Origin: Candidatus Poribacteria bacterium
GTDB lineage: Bacteria; Poribacteria; WGA-4E; PCPOR2b
Assembly (NCBI GenBank): GCA_965208675.1
Contig: OZ242351.1
Span: 4,704,001-4,768,000, forward strand
Reading direction: 5' to 3'
Length of the DNA: 64,000 nt
Shown: positions 8,742 to 18,575 of the stretch, in pieces
Numbering within the stretch: the stretch's first letter is position 1
Layout of the letters: each line of letters starts with the position of its first letter
Notes under the pieces: model-generated
The model's input: the letters and a program-made list of their open reading frames with translations, nothing else
Told to the model about the DNA's origin: nothing
Databases searched by the model: none
Position numbers and translations under genes: made by a program

Positions 8742-10424
8742 TCAATTTGCAACCTTCTGATGTCGATGCCGCGGTCCATTTAGCAGCGTGCCAACCGGTG
8801 TATAGCGCACCAAGTATTCGTAAGTCACCAATAGCACCGCTGTGGTTGCGACACATATCAGACTGAACTTTAGCAGCGCCGGAAGTTGCCAAGGCTTAAT
8901 TAGCCATTGCGCGATGACGATTAACGGGAGGTGCGCGAGATAAATCCAGTAGGATGCATCCGAGACATACCGCCACACTCTGCTGCCTTTAACTACCAGC
9001 CGGCGAAACGCCCCCATCAAGGAAAACACCATCATCCAAGCGAACAGTGCCTGTGCGGCGACCGAGGCGATATGATTTGGCACTTCCGGATCAGCCGACC
9101 AGCCGAGCGTTAAACCGATGGGGGAGACAATTAGCAAGGCTACGGGCAGGGTGAAGAACCACCGTTTGCCGATTTTTCCGGTCTCGTCATTGCAATCGTA
9201 GTAGAGCGCGCCGAAGAAAAAGAAGATGGCATAATAAAAGAGCATGTGCGGCATAGGTAAAAAATTGGCTGAAAGGTCCGGACCAAAATTCGGGATTTTG
9301 CCTTGGGCGCCCATAAACCATTGCGGCAGCATCGTGAGCGGAATGAGCCACAGGTAGCGGCTCCACGGGAGTATGAACCTATGAAGACGACGCGACCAAC
9401 CGGTTCGATCGTCGATGGCGGCATATAATGCGAAGGCAGCCACAAACCAACATAGATACCAGAGGAACCAGAGGTGTGTGAGTATCTCGCCTGCGGTAAG
9501 GAAATTCCAAATGCGGCTCAGAATCTCGTAACCGGCGGACGCTTCTTTGCTATCCGTTATTAACTCGTGATGCCCTTGTTGTGCCATGCGATCACGGAGT
9601 ATCTCAATTACCTCCGCCCTGCCGGCTTTCACATTTTTCGAGTCAAATGAAATCTGTAAATAATTTGCGATTGCCCGTGTGTACGTCCAATTCGCCTGTG
9701 CGGTATCCAACGGTGTTTCACCGTTTAGGGTCTTGGCGGCGACATCTGCACCGTTGTCCAGAAGCAGTTTTACAATCTCCAGCTGTCCCATGAATGCCGC
9801 GGCGTGCAATGGGGTCGCCCCGTCTCTATTTTTAGCGTCAATGTCAGCCCCTGCCTCAATGAGAAGTTCCGCTGTTGCTTCCTTTCCCTCAAGGGCTGCC
9901 CATGACAGAGCCGTAACGCCGAATTCAGAATCCGCGGCGTTGGGGTCGGCGCCATCCGACAAGTGAAGCTTGAGCGCTTCAACGTCTCCAGTTTTTACTG
10001 CCGAGTAGAAATCACGTCGCCGAGTTTCTGACGGTGAACTAGGTTCGCCCTTGTCGGGCGTGATTGAAAAAGTGAAATTCGTCGCTGCAGCGAAGTAGCT
10101 AACATGGGTAATAGGGACGATGGTAAACAGCCCCAATATAAACGGGAGCAAAATGCGGCGAAACCGATGCTGCAAGAGCGACGCCAAACCTCGTTTGCGC
10201 CACAACATCGCCGTGAAGAAACCGCTCATGACAAAGAATACCGGCATTCGAAATCCGTGAATCAGCGCAAAAACGACACCGAGTCCGTCGGTTCGTTGCG
10301 TGTCTTGAACGGGCCAGATTGGCATATAAAAATATGCCATTGAAGCGTGCAATACGATGCCGAGCAGCATGGCGGCGGCACGCAAGGCATCGAGGTCGTG
10401 CCGCCGATTGGAAGGGGTGTTCAT
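8742..10424 (-). CDS. Acyltransferase family 3 (OpgC/MdoC-like) membrane protein with inserted ankyrin repeats
   Basis: RRHDLDALRA, HGFRMPVFFVMSGFF, HLWFLWYL, DASYWIYLAH. Ankyrin repeats GVTALSWAA, GATPLHAAA, GETPLD. Confidence 0.85.
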   Translation of the reverse strand: MNTPSNRRHDLDALRAAAMLLGIVLHASMAYFYMPIWPVQDTQRTDGLGVVFALIHGFRMPVFFVMSGFFTAMLWRKRGLASLLQHRFRRILLPFILGLFTIVPITHVSYFAAATNFTFSITPDKGEPSSPSETRRRDFYSAVKTGDVEALKLHLSDGADPNAADSEFGVTALSWAALEGKEATAELLIEAGADIDAKNRDGATPLHAAAFMGQLEIVKLLLDNGADVAAKTLNGETPLDTAQANWTYTRAIANYLQISFDSKNVKAGRAEVIEILRDRMAQQGHHELITDSKEASAGYEILSRIWNFLTAGEILTHLWFLWYLCWFVAAFALYAAIDDRTGWSRRLHRFILPWSRYLWLIPLTMLPQWFMGAQGKIPNFGPDLSANFLPMPHMLFYYAIFFFFGALYYDCNDETGKIGKRWFFTLPVALLIVSPIGLTLGWSADPEVPNHIASVAAQALFAWMMVFSLMGAFRRLVVKGSRVWRYVSDASYWIYLAHLPLIVIAQWLIKPWQLPALLKFSLICVATTAVLLVTYEYLVRYTPVGTLLNGPRHRHQKVAN

Positions 10425-10475
10425 TTAATGAAGTCCTTTCAGTCCAGGGTTTTAGCGTGGGGGTTGAGAATATGG

Positions 10476-10845
10476 AAGAGACTATCGCCTTCGCTATTCA
10501 CTCAGTTGATCCCTCCCTGTTCGGTCGGTTGATCATACCCAACCTACGACCCTGTAGGAGCGATTTCCTAATCGCGACATTGTTCATTCCGTGCGACCTA
10601 ACCTGTGTGATTTTTAACCTCCCCTTACCCCTCCTTGGTAAGGAGGGGGATGATGCATGTGTTCGGTTCTCATTTAACCCCTCGCTTGTGAGCGTCCTAA
10701 TAATCCTCCCCCTTTCTAAGGGGGAGATTGAGGGGGTTGGTAGCGTATCGTTGAGAACAAGGAAGACTATCGCCTTCGCTATTCACTCAGTTGATCCTTC
10801 GCTATTCGCTCAGTCGATCCCTCCTTATCAAGGCGGGGAATGATG
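10476..10845. repeat. R1 repeat cluster plus GTAG-type REP palindromes
   Basis: AAGACTATCGCCTTCGCTATTC core at about 10480 and 10763; CCCCTCCTTGGTAAGGAGGGG hairpin; GTAGGAGCGATTTCCTAATCGCGAC at about 10555. Confidence 0.8.
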
Positions 10846-13800
10846 ATTTTGTTCGGTTTCTGGATTTTCAATCACCAGCCATGTGACGAGTTCGAAGTCA
10901 GTTGCTCCGCTAATCTGATCGGTTAAAAGCGGCAGGGCGCCGCCGCGGCCTGACGTGAGGTTGTCGAAGGCGCGTTTTTTGTAGGTCTGGGCTATAGATT
11001 TTACGGTCTTTTCAAGAAGGTCGTCGTATTGGGACATTTCTGCCCCGTTAGCTGTGTATTCGTCGAACAGCGCACAGAGTTCGTCATACGGTCTGTTTTT
11101 GCCAGAGCAGAGTTGGCGGTACATTTCCAGAACCTGTTTGGGATAGGCAAATGAAAAGCGCACCATGCCATCATTTCGAATATAGACGAGGAAGTAGGGT
11201 TGGGTCGGATTCAATTTCACGTTTTCGTCCGACTCGGTTTTCTGGCGGAGGCAGAAGATGACTCCGGGTTGAATTATCGGGTCATTTGGAGGCGGCGGCA
11301 CGACAGCATAGAGCCCAAAAGGCGATTCCTCAAGTTTTTTCCGGTTACTTTCAATGTATTTTATGAGTTCTATGCGAAAATCGTCAAGCGTGAATTCGTT
11401 AAGGTTGACGTTTTCGTCAAAGTCTTCAAGGTCAAGGACTTCATCCTTGAGCCGAAGCAGTTGTTGATCACGGTATCGGAGATCGCCTTCAATCACATCG
11501 TGAAGTGCATCGGGATCGAGCAGGTTATCTCCTTGCGTAGCGGTAACGTCCACGAGCGCCATCCGGGCTTCAACCCGGTTTTTAAGGTTTATGTAACGAT
11601 TTAGATCGTCCGTGGGCCAGAAGTTGACAAGATGCACACGCTGGTTGACGCTTCCGATCCGATCAATCCGCCCGAAACGCTGTATGATGCGCACCGGGTT
11701 CCAGTGAATGTCGTAATTTATCACGTAGTCGCAGTCTTGGAGGTTTTGTCCTTCGGAGATACAGTCGGTGCCGATGAGCAAATCAATCTCCTCGTTCTGG
11801 GGCATGGATTCGTCGCTGGCACGGTTCTTCGCAATCGGGGAGAAGTTGGTGAGAATGTCGATGAAGTTGGTCCTGCCGAGCGTGGTTTTGTTCGCGCCTC
11901 CGCCTGTCACCATGCCGACGTGAATTTTCAGTTCAGTCCGCGCCCATTCGTGCAGCGCGCCGTAGAGGTAGTCGGCGGTGTCGGCAAATGCAGTGAATAC
12001 AAGCACCTTGCGATTCGGTGTATTTTCCTTCGTGGTTGTCGGATTATTTACCTTCGTCTCAACTAGTTCTTTAAGTTTAGCGAGTTTAGCATCACGGTCT
12101 ATGTTAATTTCTTTTGCCGAACGGAAGGGGCCTTCAAGCTGGTCTCGGTCATGTTGTAAATCCTCCAGCCACCGCTCAACGTCAAGGTGCGCCATCTTGA
12201 ACTTTAGGCTTTTACCAACTTCGAATGCATCCTGCCGTTCTTCGTCATCATCTGCGCCAATATTCATCTCCGCCGGATCTAGTTCAAGGTCTTCGGCTTG
12301 AGACTTTTGAAACAGTCGAATTCGCTTCTCCAAATCCTCAATCTTATCGAGCGTCCGCTTCAACGTAATCCTGAATGAATGTACGGAACTTTCCAACCGT
12401 TTAAGGAAGTTTACCTTCATCATGCCGATTAGGTAGTGCTCGCGGTCGCGCTGTGTAAAGTTATTGACCATTACTAGGTCGTATTTGGACTCGTATTCGG
12501 GGCGGAGATATTTGGTCGGATTGTAGAGGGAGAGCTGATACTGCGAAATCTCCGCGTTTAGCTCGTCGTAAGACATGAACTCACCGCGTGTATCAATATC
12601 CGGATAAACGGGTTCGGGTTTACTACGCTCCGGGAACCCGCCCAATTCCTTCAGTGAGCTAGGATAGTATTTTTCAATTTGTTTCCGGGAACGGGCGATT
12701 GTCAACCCGTCTAGCAACCTGAAGAAGGAGGTGCTTAGAATTTCAAGCAACCGTTGACTGCGGCGTACTCCATCCTGTTTTGCCCACCTGTTAAAGTCGG
12801 TTTGGGCGGCTGAGATGGTTTCTCTCAGGTTGGCGACGCCAAGCGATTCCTCGAAAGCGTCGTCACGCTCCTCCGTGAGAAAGTAGAGTTGGTTCCGTAG
12901 ATCCCTTAGGTCGTTGTTGACGGGCGTCGCGGACAGCAGCAGCATCTTGGTTTTTACGCCGCTCTTGACGATGTCTTCCATCAGCCGCTCGTAGCGGGAT
13001 CGGCTAATTGGAACCCCGTCCTCGTCCCGTTTTCCGCGGGTGTTGTTTCGGAAGTTGTGCGACTCGTCGATAACCACCAGCCCGTAGTTTCCCCAGTTAA
13101 ACGATGCAAGGTTAATATCGCCCGACTTACCGCTGCTCCGGCTCAGGTCGGTGTGCGACAGAACAGTGTAACCGAAGCGGTCGTTGGGAAACGGATTAAA
13201 CGTGTTTCCGGTGTGGGCTTGGTAGAGCGTCCAGTTCTCGCGCAATTTCTTGGGGCACAGCACCAGCACGTTTTCGTTGCGGAGTTCAAAGTACTTTATC
13301 ACCGCCAGCGCCTCGAACGTCTTGCCCAAACCGACGCTGTCAGCGATGATGCAGCCGTTGTGCGTCAAGATTTTATTGATGGCGCCTTTCACGCCGTCCT
13401 TCTGGAATTCATAGAGAACTTTCCAGATTTGGGTATCAACCAGTTGCGGCGGTTCGTCCAGCAGCCCCCACCCCTCCTGATCGCCCAAAAATTTTTCAAA
13501 AACGTGAAAAAGTGTTTTGTAGTATATGAATTCCGGGTCGTGATTCTCATAGAGCTGTTTTAAGTAGGTCAACACCTGTTCCTTAACGTCATCAACCCGA
13601 TTCTTGTCGTTCCAGAGTTCATCAAACCACAATTTCAAGTCGTTCAGGTCGCGCTTGTCTTCCACCGTCAGATTGAGTTCAATGTTACCCGCTGTTTGAC
13701 TTAACCCTAAACCCCGAACGGTAAAATTTGAACTGCCGAGGATGGCGTTTTCAACGCCGTTCTTAGCGATGTGGTACATCTTGCCGTGCAGCAAATTTGA

Positions 13801-14160
13801 TTCACGGATTGACCGCACCTCTACTTTCTCCTCAATCCAGTCAGCGCATTCCCGTGCCACCTGCTTGAGTTGAAGTTGGTTCCTCAAACGCAATCCGTCG
13901 CTATTTATGATGAAAGATTTCTTTTCAGATTTCTCGGAGTCTAGCCGATTAATGAATCGGGGTTCGCCGAATAGAAAGCGAAGGTCCCTGATTTGATACA
14001 GGGATGATTTCAACGCCTCGAAGGCGTAAATTGTAAAGTAAGCGGATACAACCGAGAGTGACGAACCGTTTTCGATTTGTGACTTCAGAAACTCGCCAAC
14101 CGTACCCCGCTCGCGGTTATCGCGGATGCCGGACGGGAATAGCGTCGTGTTTTCTGGCAT
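10828..14160 (-). CDS. PLD-nuclease domain plus SNF2-like SF2 helicase (restriction-modification associated)
   Basis: LHGKMY...GSSNFT (PLD), IADSVGLGKT, VIDESHNFRN, SATP, QRFGRIDRIG. Confidence 0.9.
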   Translation of the reverse strand: MPENTTLFPSGIRDNRERGTVGEFLKSQIENGSSLSVVSAYFTIYAFEALKSSLYQIRDLRFLFGEPRFINRLDSEKSEKKSFIINSDGLRLRNQLQLKQVARECADWIEEKVEVRSIRESNLLHGKMYHIAKNGVENAILGSSNFTVRGLGLSQTAGNIELNLTVEDKRDLNDLKLWFDELWNDKNRVDDVKEQVLTYLKQLYENHDPEFIYYKTLFHVFEKFLGDQEGWGLLDEPPQLVDTQIWKVLYEFQKDGVKGAINKILTHNGCIIADSVGLGKTFEALAVIKYFELRNENVLVLCPKKLRENWTLYQAHTGNTFNPFPNDRFGYTVLSHTDLSRSSGKSGDINLASFNWGNYGLVVIDESHNFRNNTRGKRDEDGVPISRSRYERLMEDIVKSGVKTKMLLLSATPVNNDLRDLRNQLYFLTEERDDAFEESLGVANLRETISAAQTDFNRWAKQDGVRRSQRLLEILSTSFFRLLDGLTIARSRKQIEKYYPSSLKELGGFPERSKPEPVYPDIDTRGEFMSYDELNAEISQYQLSLYNPTKYLRPEYESKYDLVMVNNFTQRDREHYLIGMMKVNFLKRLESSVHSFRITLKRTLDKIEDLEKRIRLFQKSQAEDLELDPAEMNIGADDDEERQDAFEVGKSLKFKMAHLDVERWLEDLQHDRDQLEGPFRSAKEINIDRDAKLAKLKELVETKVNNPTTTKENTPNRKVLVFTAFADTADYLYGALHEWARTELKIHVGMVTGGGANKTTLGRTNFIDILTNFSPIAKNRASDESMPQNEEIDLLIGTDCISEGQNLQDCDYVINYDIHWNPVRIIQRFGRIDRIGSVNQRVHLVNFWPTDDLNRYINLKNRVEARMALVDVTATQGDNLLDPDALHDVIEGDLRYRDQQLLRLKDEVLDLEDFDENVNLNEFTLDDFRIELIKYIESNRKKLEESPFGLYAVVPPPPNDPIIQPGVIFCLRQKTESDENVKLNPTQPYFLVYIRNDGMVRFSFAYPKQVLEMYRQLCSGKNRPYDELCALFDEYTANGAEMSQYDDLLEKTVKSIAQTYKKRAFDNLTSGRGGALPLLTDQISGATDFELVTWLVIENPETEQNHHSPP

Positions 14161-14268
14161 ATTCTTCTCCTATGGGTCGGTGTCTGCTATTTTGGGGCTT
14201 TGAACTGTCTGAATCGCGGATTGGCGCGGATTTTGCGGATTACGCAGATTAAAACGTCGTAATCTGCG

Positions 14269-14670
14269 TCAATTTTTATCGGATTGCGTGAGTATTAACC
14301 TTTTGAATGTCAATTTTTTCGATCCGAAATTAATCAATAATCCGACTTTCAACCGGTATGTTCTCAAGTAATTTAACGCTTGGGCGATGTGCACGTCTTC
14401 CAGGTCGGTTATCGCTTTTAATTCCACCAATACCTTTTCTTCGACCACGAAATCTGCTCGACGAGTACCGATTGGTTCCGGCACATCTTTGTAGAAAATA
14501 TCTCGCTCCATTTCGCGCGCAAATGCCAAGCCTGCCCGCGCCAACTCAATTGCTAATCCTCGCTAATTTATCACCTCTTGAAAGCCGTTTCCTAAAAACT
14601 TGTGCACTTCAAACGCAGCCCCAATAATCTTTTCGGTGATATCCCTGTGTTTTAGATTGCCGCTCGTCAT
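14269..14670 (-). pseudogene. GxxExxY protein (PD-(D/E)XK-like), inactivated copy
   Basis: ATG at 14670, same length as the 16304-16705 paralogue, but the motif reads GFQEVIN*RGL (TAG at 14563-14565). Confidence 0.88.
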
Positions 14671-15233
14671 GCGTATGGGGTGTTGGTATGTATTCTTCTT
14701 TGTCTGAATCGCGGATTGGCGCGGATTAAGGGATTACACGGATTGAGAAGACCACACTATCAACCTGCTAACCGTGGGAGGGGACCTCCCCCGATTGGAT
14801 TAGCGATGAATCGGGACTGCCCTCAATCGCATCGGGGTATTGGTGCCTGCCCAAAGACAATAATGCCCAACAGCAATCATGAGCAGGGAAACCACAAGTA
14901 TCTTAATCCCGATTTATAGGGGGTTACCCCGACAAAAATTAACCATTTGCAGAGATGGATCACATCGCTTTACACCTTCTTTTACATGAGGCGAAATGTG
15001 GTGAATCTTATAGCCGTTTACATTCATATTTACACACATTCAGATACCCCCCTGATAAGGGGGGCTAGGGGGGTTGACACCTCTTTTTGATCGGAGTGAA
15101 GGTAATGTGTAATTTTTAGTTGCAGTGACTATAGATTTAATGAGACGCTCCGAACCGGTGCCGTTCGGAAACCGCGCCTACCGCGGAGGACGAAAGCGTC
15201 TATTTTTTTGGTGTTCACCATAATTTAGGGCAC

Positions 15234-16001
15234 TCATGTGACATCGAGGAACAGTTTACGACCATTTAACGGCTGTACCGGCCGGTTGTTGCCGTGGATA
15301 ATCGCTTTAAATGCCGCAATTTGCGATTCAGACATCTCAGCGGGTGTTGTGAGCACAATCCATTTGACACCCTCTGTACATGGCGGGGTCGTCAGTGAAC
15401 CGTCGTAGCGGTAGGTGCTAGGAAAAGTCTGTATTGCCGGATCTCGCATCTGTCCATTGGACGAGAGCATCAAATCAAGATCGATAACGACATTCTCAAT
15501 GCGCTGTTTTTCGAGCGGCGAGGACGGTAAGGAAGCCCAGATTGGGTCGAATGCAGGGTGGTGACGACCACTCTCGATTAACAAACCCACGACTGCTAAA
15601 TCGCCCGCTTCACTTTCGTGAACGAGGTGCATTTCCATGTCAAACGATTTACCTTCTACCGTATGTTCGCTAGGTGCATGGAAATGGAATTGGAGCAGTT
15701 GATAGTCGGTGCCATCGATCTGGATTCGGCTGCCTTCAGGATACGCCACTTCAATCGTGTGTCCATTATGGTGGACGTTCACACTCGTTGCAGTGTAATA
15801 CTCATAGAAGATTGGCGAAAGTTGGGTTGGCATTGGGTTCACAATGTCGATAGGTGATTGGTGCGTACCCTCGCCGCAAAGGATATATTCCTGATTAAGG
15901 TGCCCCCAAACATCCGGCCCATTCTCTGCTGCATAACCCCATTCCGCCTTGTGAGTATGGGCGGGAAATTTTTTTGTCCTATCACAACCTGTTATACACA
16001 T
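15234..16001 (-). CDS. cah: Alpha-class carbonic anhydrase (signal peptide probably interrupted by TGA)
   Basis: QSPIDI, QFHFHAPSEH, EMHLVH, YDGSLTTPPCTEGVKW, NNRPVQPLNGR. An in-frame SD-ATG lies upstream at 16097, with TGA at 16008-16010. Confidence 0.9.
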   Translation of the reverse strand: MCITGCDRTKKFPAHTHKAEWGYAAENGPDVWGHLNQEYILCGEGTHQSPIDIVNPMPTQLSPIFYEYYTATSVNVHHNGHTIEVAYPEGSRIQIDGTDYQLLQFHFHAPSEHTVEGKSFDMEMHLVHESEAGDLAVVGLLIESGRHHPAFDPIWASLPSSPLEKQRIENVVIDLDLMLSSNGQMRDPAIQTFPSTYRYDGSLTTPPCTEGVKWIVLTTPAEMSESQIAAFKAIIHGNNRPVQPLNGRKLFLDVT

Positions 16002-16303
16002 AATAAATCAGATAACGAAGATAAATCTCTTCGCAATACAAGGACTCTGGAAATCGAGCCATGTTAGTAGTAAATAGACTTGGAATTGCGTCGTCATCAA
16101 TCAGATAACCTCCGAGTTTTTTATCGGCAACGTTCAGAATTTGTTTGAGAGAAGATATGGAGAAAACGGGAAAACGAGAAGCTGACAAAGATTTTGTTTG
16201 TCTGAATCGCGGATAGCCGCGGGTTTTACGGATAACGCAGAACAGTCTGAATCACGGATTGCCGCGGATTAAAGGATTACACGGATTAAAGGCGTTATTT
16301 GAA

Positions 16304-16705
16304 TCAGCGGCGATTCGGTTGCGTGAGAATTAACCTTTTGAATGTTAATTTTTTCGATCCGAAATTAATCAATAATCCGACTTCCAACCGATATGTTCTC
16401 AAGTAATTTAACGCTTGGGCGATGTGCACGTCTTCCAACTCGGTTATCGCTTTTAATTCCACCAACACCTTTTCTTCGACCACGAAATCTGCCCGACGAG
16501 TACCGATGGGTTCCTGCACATCTTTGTAGAAAATATCCCGCTCCATTTCGCGCACAAATACCAAACCCGCCCGTGCCAACTCAATCGCTAATCCTCGCTG
16601 ATATATCACCTCTAGAAAGCCGTTTCCCAAAAACTTGTGCACTTCAAACGCAGCCCCGATAATCTTTTCGGTAATATCGCTGTATTTTAGATTGGCGTTC
16701 GTCAT
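16304..16705 (-). CDS. GxxExxY protein (PD-(D/E)XK-like nuclease fold)
   Basis: IIGAAFEVHKFLGNGFLEVIYQRGL, RRADFVVEEKVLVELKA, AQALNYL, GLLINFG. Confidence 0.92.
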   Translation of the reverse strand: MTNANLKYSDITEKIIGAAFEVHKFLGNGFLEVIYQRGLAIELARAGLVFVREMERDIFYKDVQEPIGTRRADFVVEEKVLVELKAITELEDVHIAQALNYLRTYRLEVGLLINFGSKKLTFKRLILTQPNRR

Positions 16706-17097
16706 TCGTATGGGGTGTTGGTATGTATTCTTCTTTGTCTGAATCGCGGATTGGCGCGGATTTTGCGGATAACACAGATAGAAGAAAACCACGATTTTGG
16801 GGTTTGTTCCGCAAAACTCGGTATTGCGATTTCATTGTTGATATTCCAACAGAGATACATAACTGTCAGACACATCTCCGAAGTCGAAATTTGACAAAAC
16901 TTGACAAAATTTGACAGATTTTGTTTTTTCTCCGCAATGCACTCATTCATCGCCGTAGAGCCGCAATTGTCTGAATCGCGGATTGGCGCGGATTTTGCGG
17001 ATAACACAGATAGAAGAAAACCATCGCATTTGGGTTCGTTTCGCAACAAGGGGTGTCAGGTTTTCATCGTCAATGTGTCACAGCGGTCTGTAATTTG

Positions 17098-17928
17098 TCA
17101 CGCCTGCGGCGGCGACAGCATGGCGGTGATGTCTGGCGGCAGCTTCACCTCATGTTTCTGCTCGAAGTCCGGGACGCTTTCGTAGTCGTTTTGGAACGCG
17201 GCAATAACATTTAATCCCAAATTCTCAGCGGTAATCAGGTCTGCTTTGGCTTTTTCCCATTCCGCCAGGATTAACCACGCTTCACCACGATTGTAATAGG
17301 CATCGGCATAGTCTGGTTTCAGTTGCACGGCTTTAGTATAATCTACGATGGCACGCTCAACCTCCCTCTTTTTTACATAGGTTACGCCGCGATTGCTATA
17401 GGCTTCCGTTAACTTGGTATTTAGCGCTAATGCCTTGTTAAAATCTACGATAGCGCGGTCATATTCTCCTGTACGGAGGTAGGCTGTCCCCCGATTGTAA
17501 TAAGGTTCCGCATAATCCGGTTTCAACGCAAGTGCCTTGTTAAAGTCATCAATGGCTCGGTCATAATCCTTCTTGTCGCGGTAAGTGCTGCCACGATTAT
17601 TATAGGCTTGTGCATACACCGGCTTCAGTTGAATCGCCATATTATAGTCTTCGATAGCCCGGTCATACTTGGCTATCTCGTGCCGAACAACGCCACGATT
17701 GTTGTAGGCTATTGCATAATTAGGATTAATCTCTATTGCCTTGGTAAAATGTTCAATGGCATGGTCATAGTCTCGTGCGTTGAGATAATCAAGGCCGAGA
17801 TTGTTTAAGATTGCGGCGTCGCGCCGCTTTTGGCGCGCTTCTGGTCCGCGATGAATTTCGCCGAGTTCTGGTGCGTGTTCCTTCATATAAGCTTGATAAT
17901 CAAATTCCGCTTCCTTTATAGTATTCAT
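17098..17928 (-). CDS. TPR protein with a short antitoxin-like N-terminal head
   Basis: About 6 TPRs (AYNNRG...AI.D...A..L.P). The start overlaps the BrnT gene and has a GGAGA SD. Confidence 0.85.
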   Translation of the reverse strand: MNTIKEAEFDYQAYMKEHAPELGEIHRGPEARQKRRDAAILNNLGLDYLNARDYDHAIEHFTKAIEINPNYAIAYNNRGVVRHEIAKYDRAIEDYNMAIQLKPVYAQAYNNRGSTYRDKKDYDRAIDDFNKALALKPDYAEPYYNRGTAYLRTGEYDRAIVDFNKALALNTKLTEAYSNRGVTYVKKREVERAIVDYTKAVQLKPDYADAYYNRGEAWLILAEWEKAKADLITAENLGLNVIAAFQNDYESVPDFEQKHEVKLPPDITAMLSPPQA

Positions 17929-18184
17929 CGACCAATCTCCTTTCCGCATCAAAAGCAGTGATTAAACGGTAAACTGGCAATTCTTCGTCGGAATAAACCA
18001 CTGCCAACAGTCGATTATCGACGGTCTTTCCTACAAGCATCCACCGGTCGTCGTGCCCGGTGGGAGCGGGGATTTCGTATCCATTTGGATCATCAAATGC
18101 AGAGACTACCTCATGAAATTGGACACCGTGTTTTCTTTCCACTTCTTTAAATTTGTCTGCATCCCATAAAAATCCGATATCCAT
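17900..18184 (-). CDS. brnT: BrnT-family toxin
   Basis: FLWDADK...KHGVQFHEVVSAFDD...RWMLVG...RLITA. Confidence 0.8.
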   Translation of the reverse strand: MDIGFLWDADKFKEVERKHGVQFHEVVSAFDDPNGYEIPAPTGHDDRWMLVGKTVDNRLLAVVYSDEELPVYRLITAFDAERRLVDEYYKGSGI

Positions 18185-18575
18185 GTGATGGAGTCCATGT
18201 ATTTTACCAAATTATTGTAGAATTGCGTTGAGATTAGAAATCATCGGGATGCTGCACGATGACATGGTGAGGATAATTTCTTCCACAAATGTGTGTGCTT
18301 TCTTGTCTGAATTGCGGATTGAGGAAAAACACGGATTGAAGAATCCGCGTTATCCCCTTAATCCGTTTAATCTGTGATTCAGACAATTGGCGCCTCATTT
18401 ATAATCCATTTATTGTCTGAATCGCGGATAGCCACGGATTTTACGGAAAACACAGATTGAATAAATTCATCATATTTGGTTCGTTTGGCTTCGTTTCGCA
18501 AAAATGGGAATTACGTTTTTCATTGCGGCAACTTCTCTTATTCATCGCCAAGGAGGTACGTTAGTCTGTCATCGT

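Noticed and set aside
15009-15133. Possible small MITE with TATAG...CTATA ends around a CCCCC..GGGGG hairpin
   Set aside because: The inverted ends are too imperfect and there is only one copy in the window.
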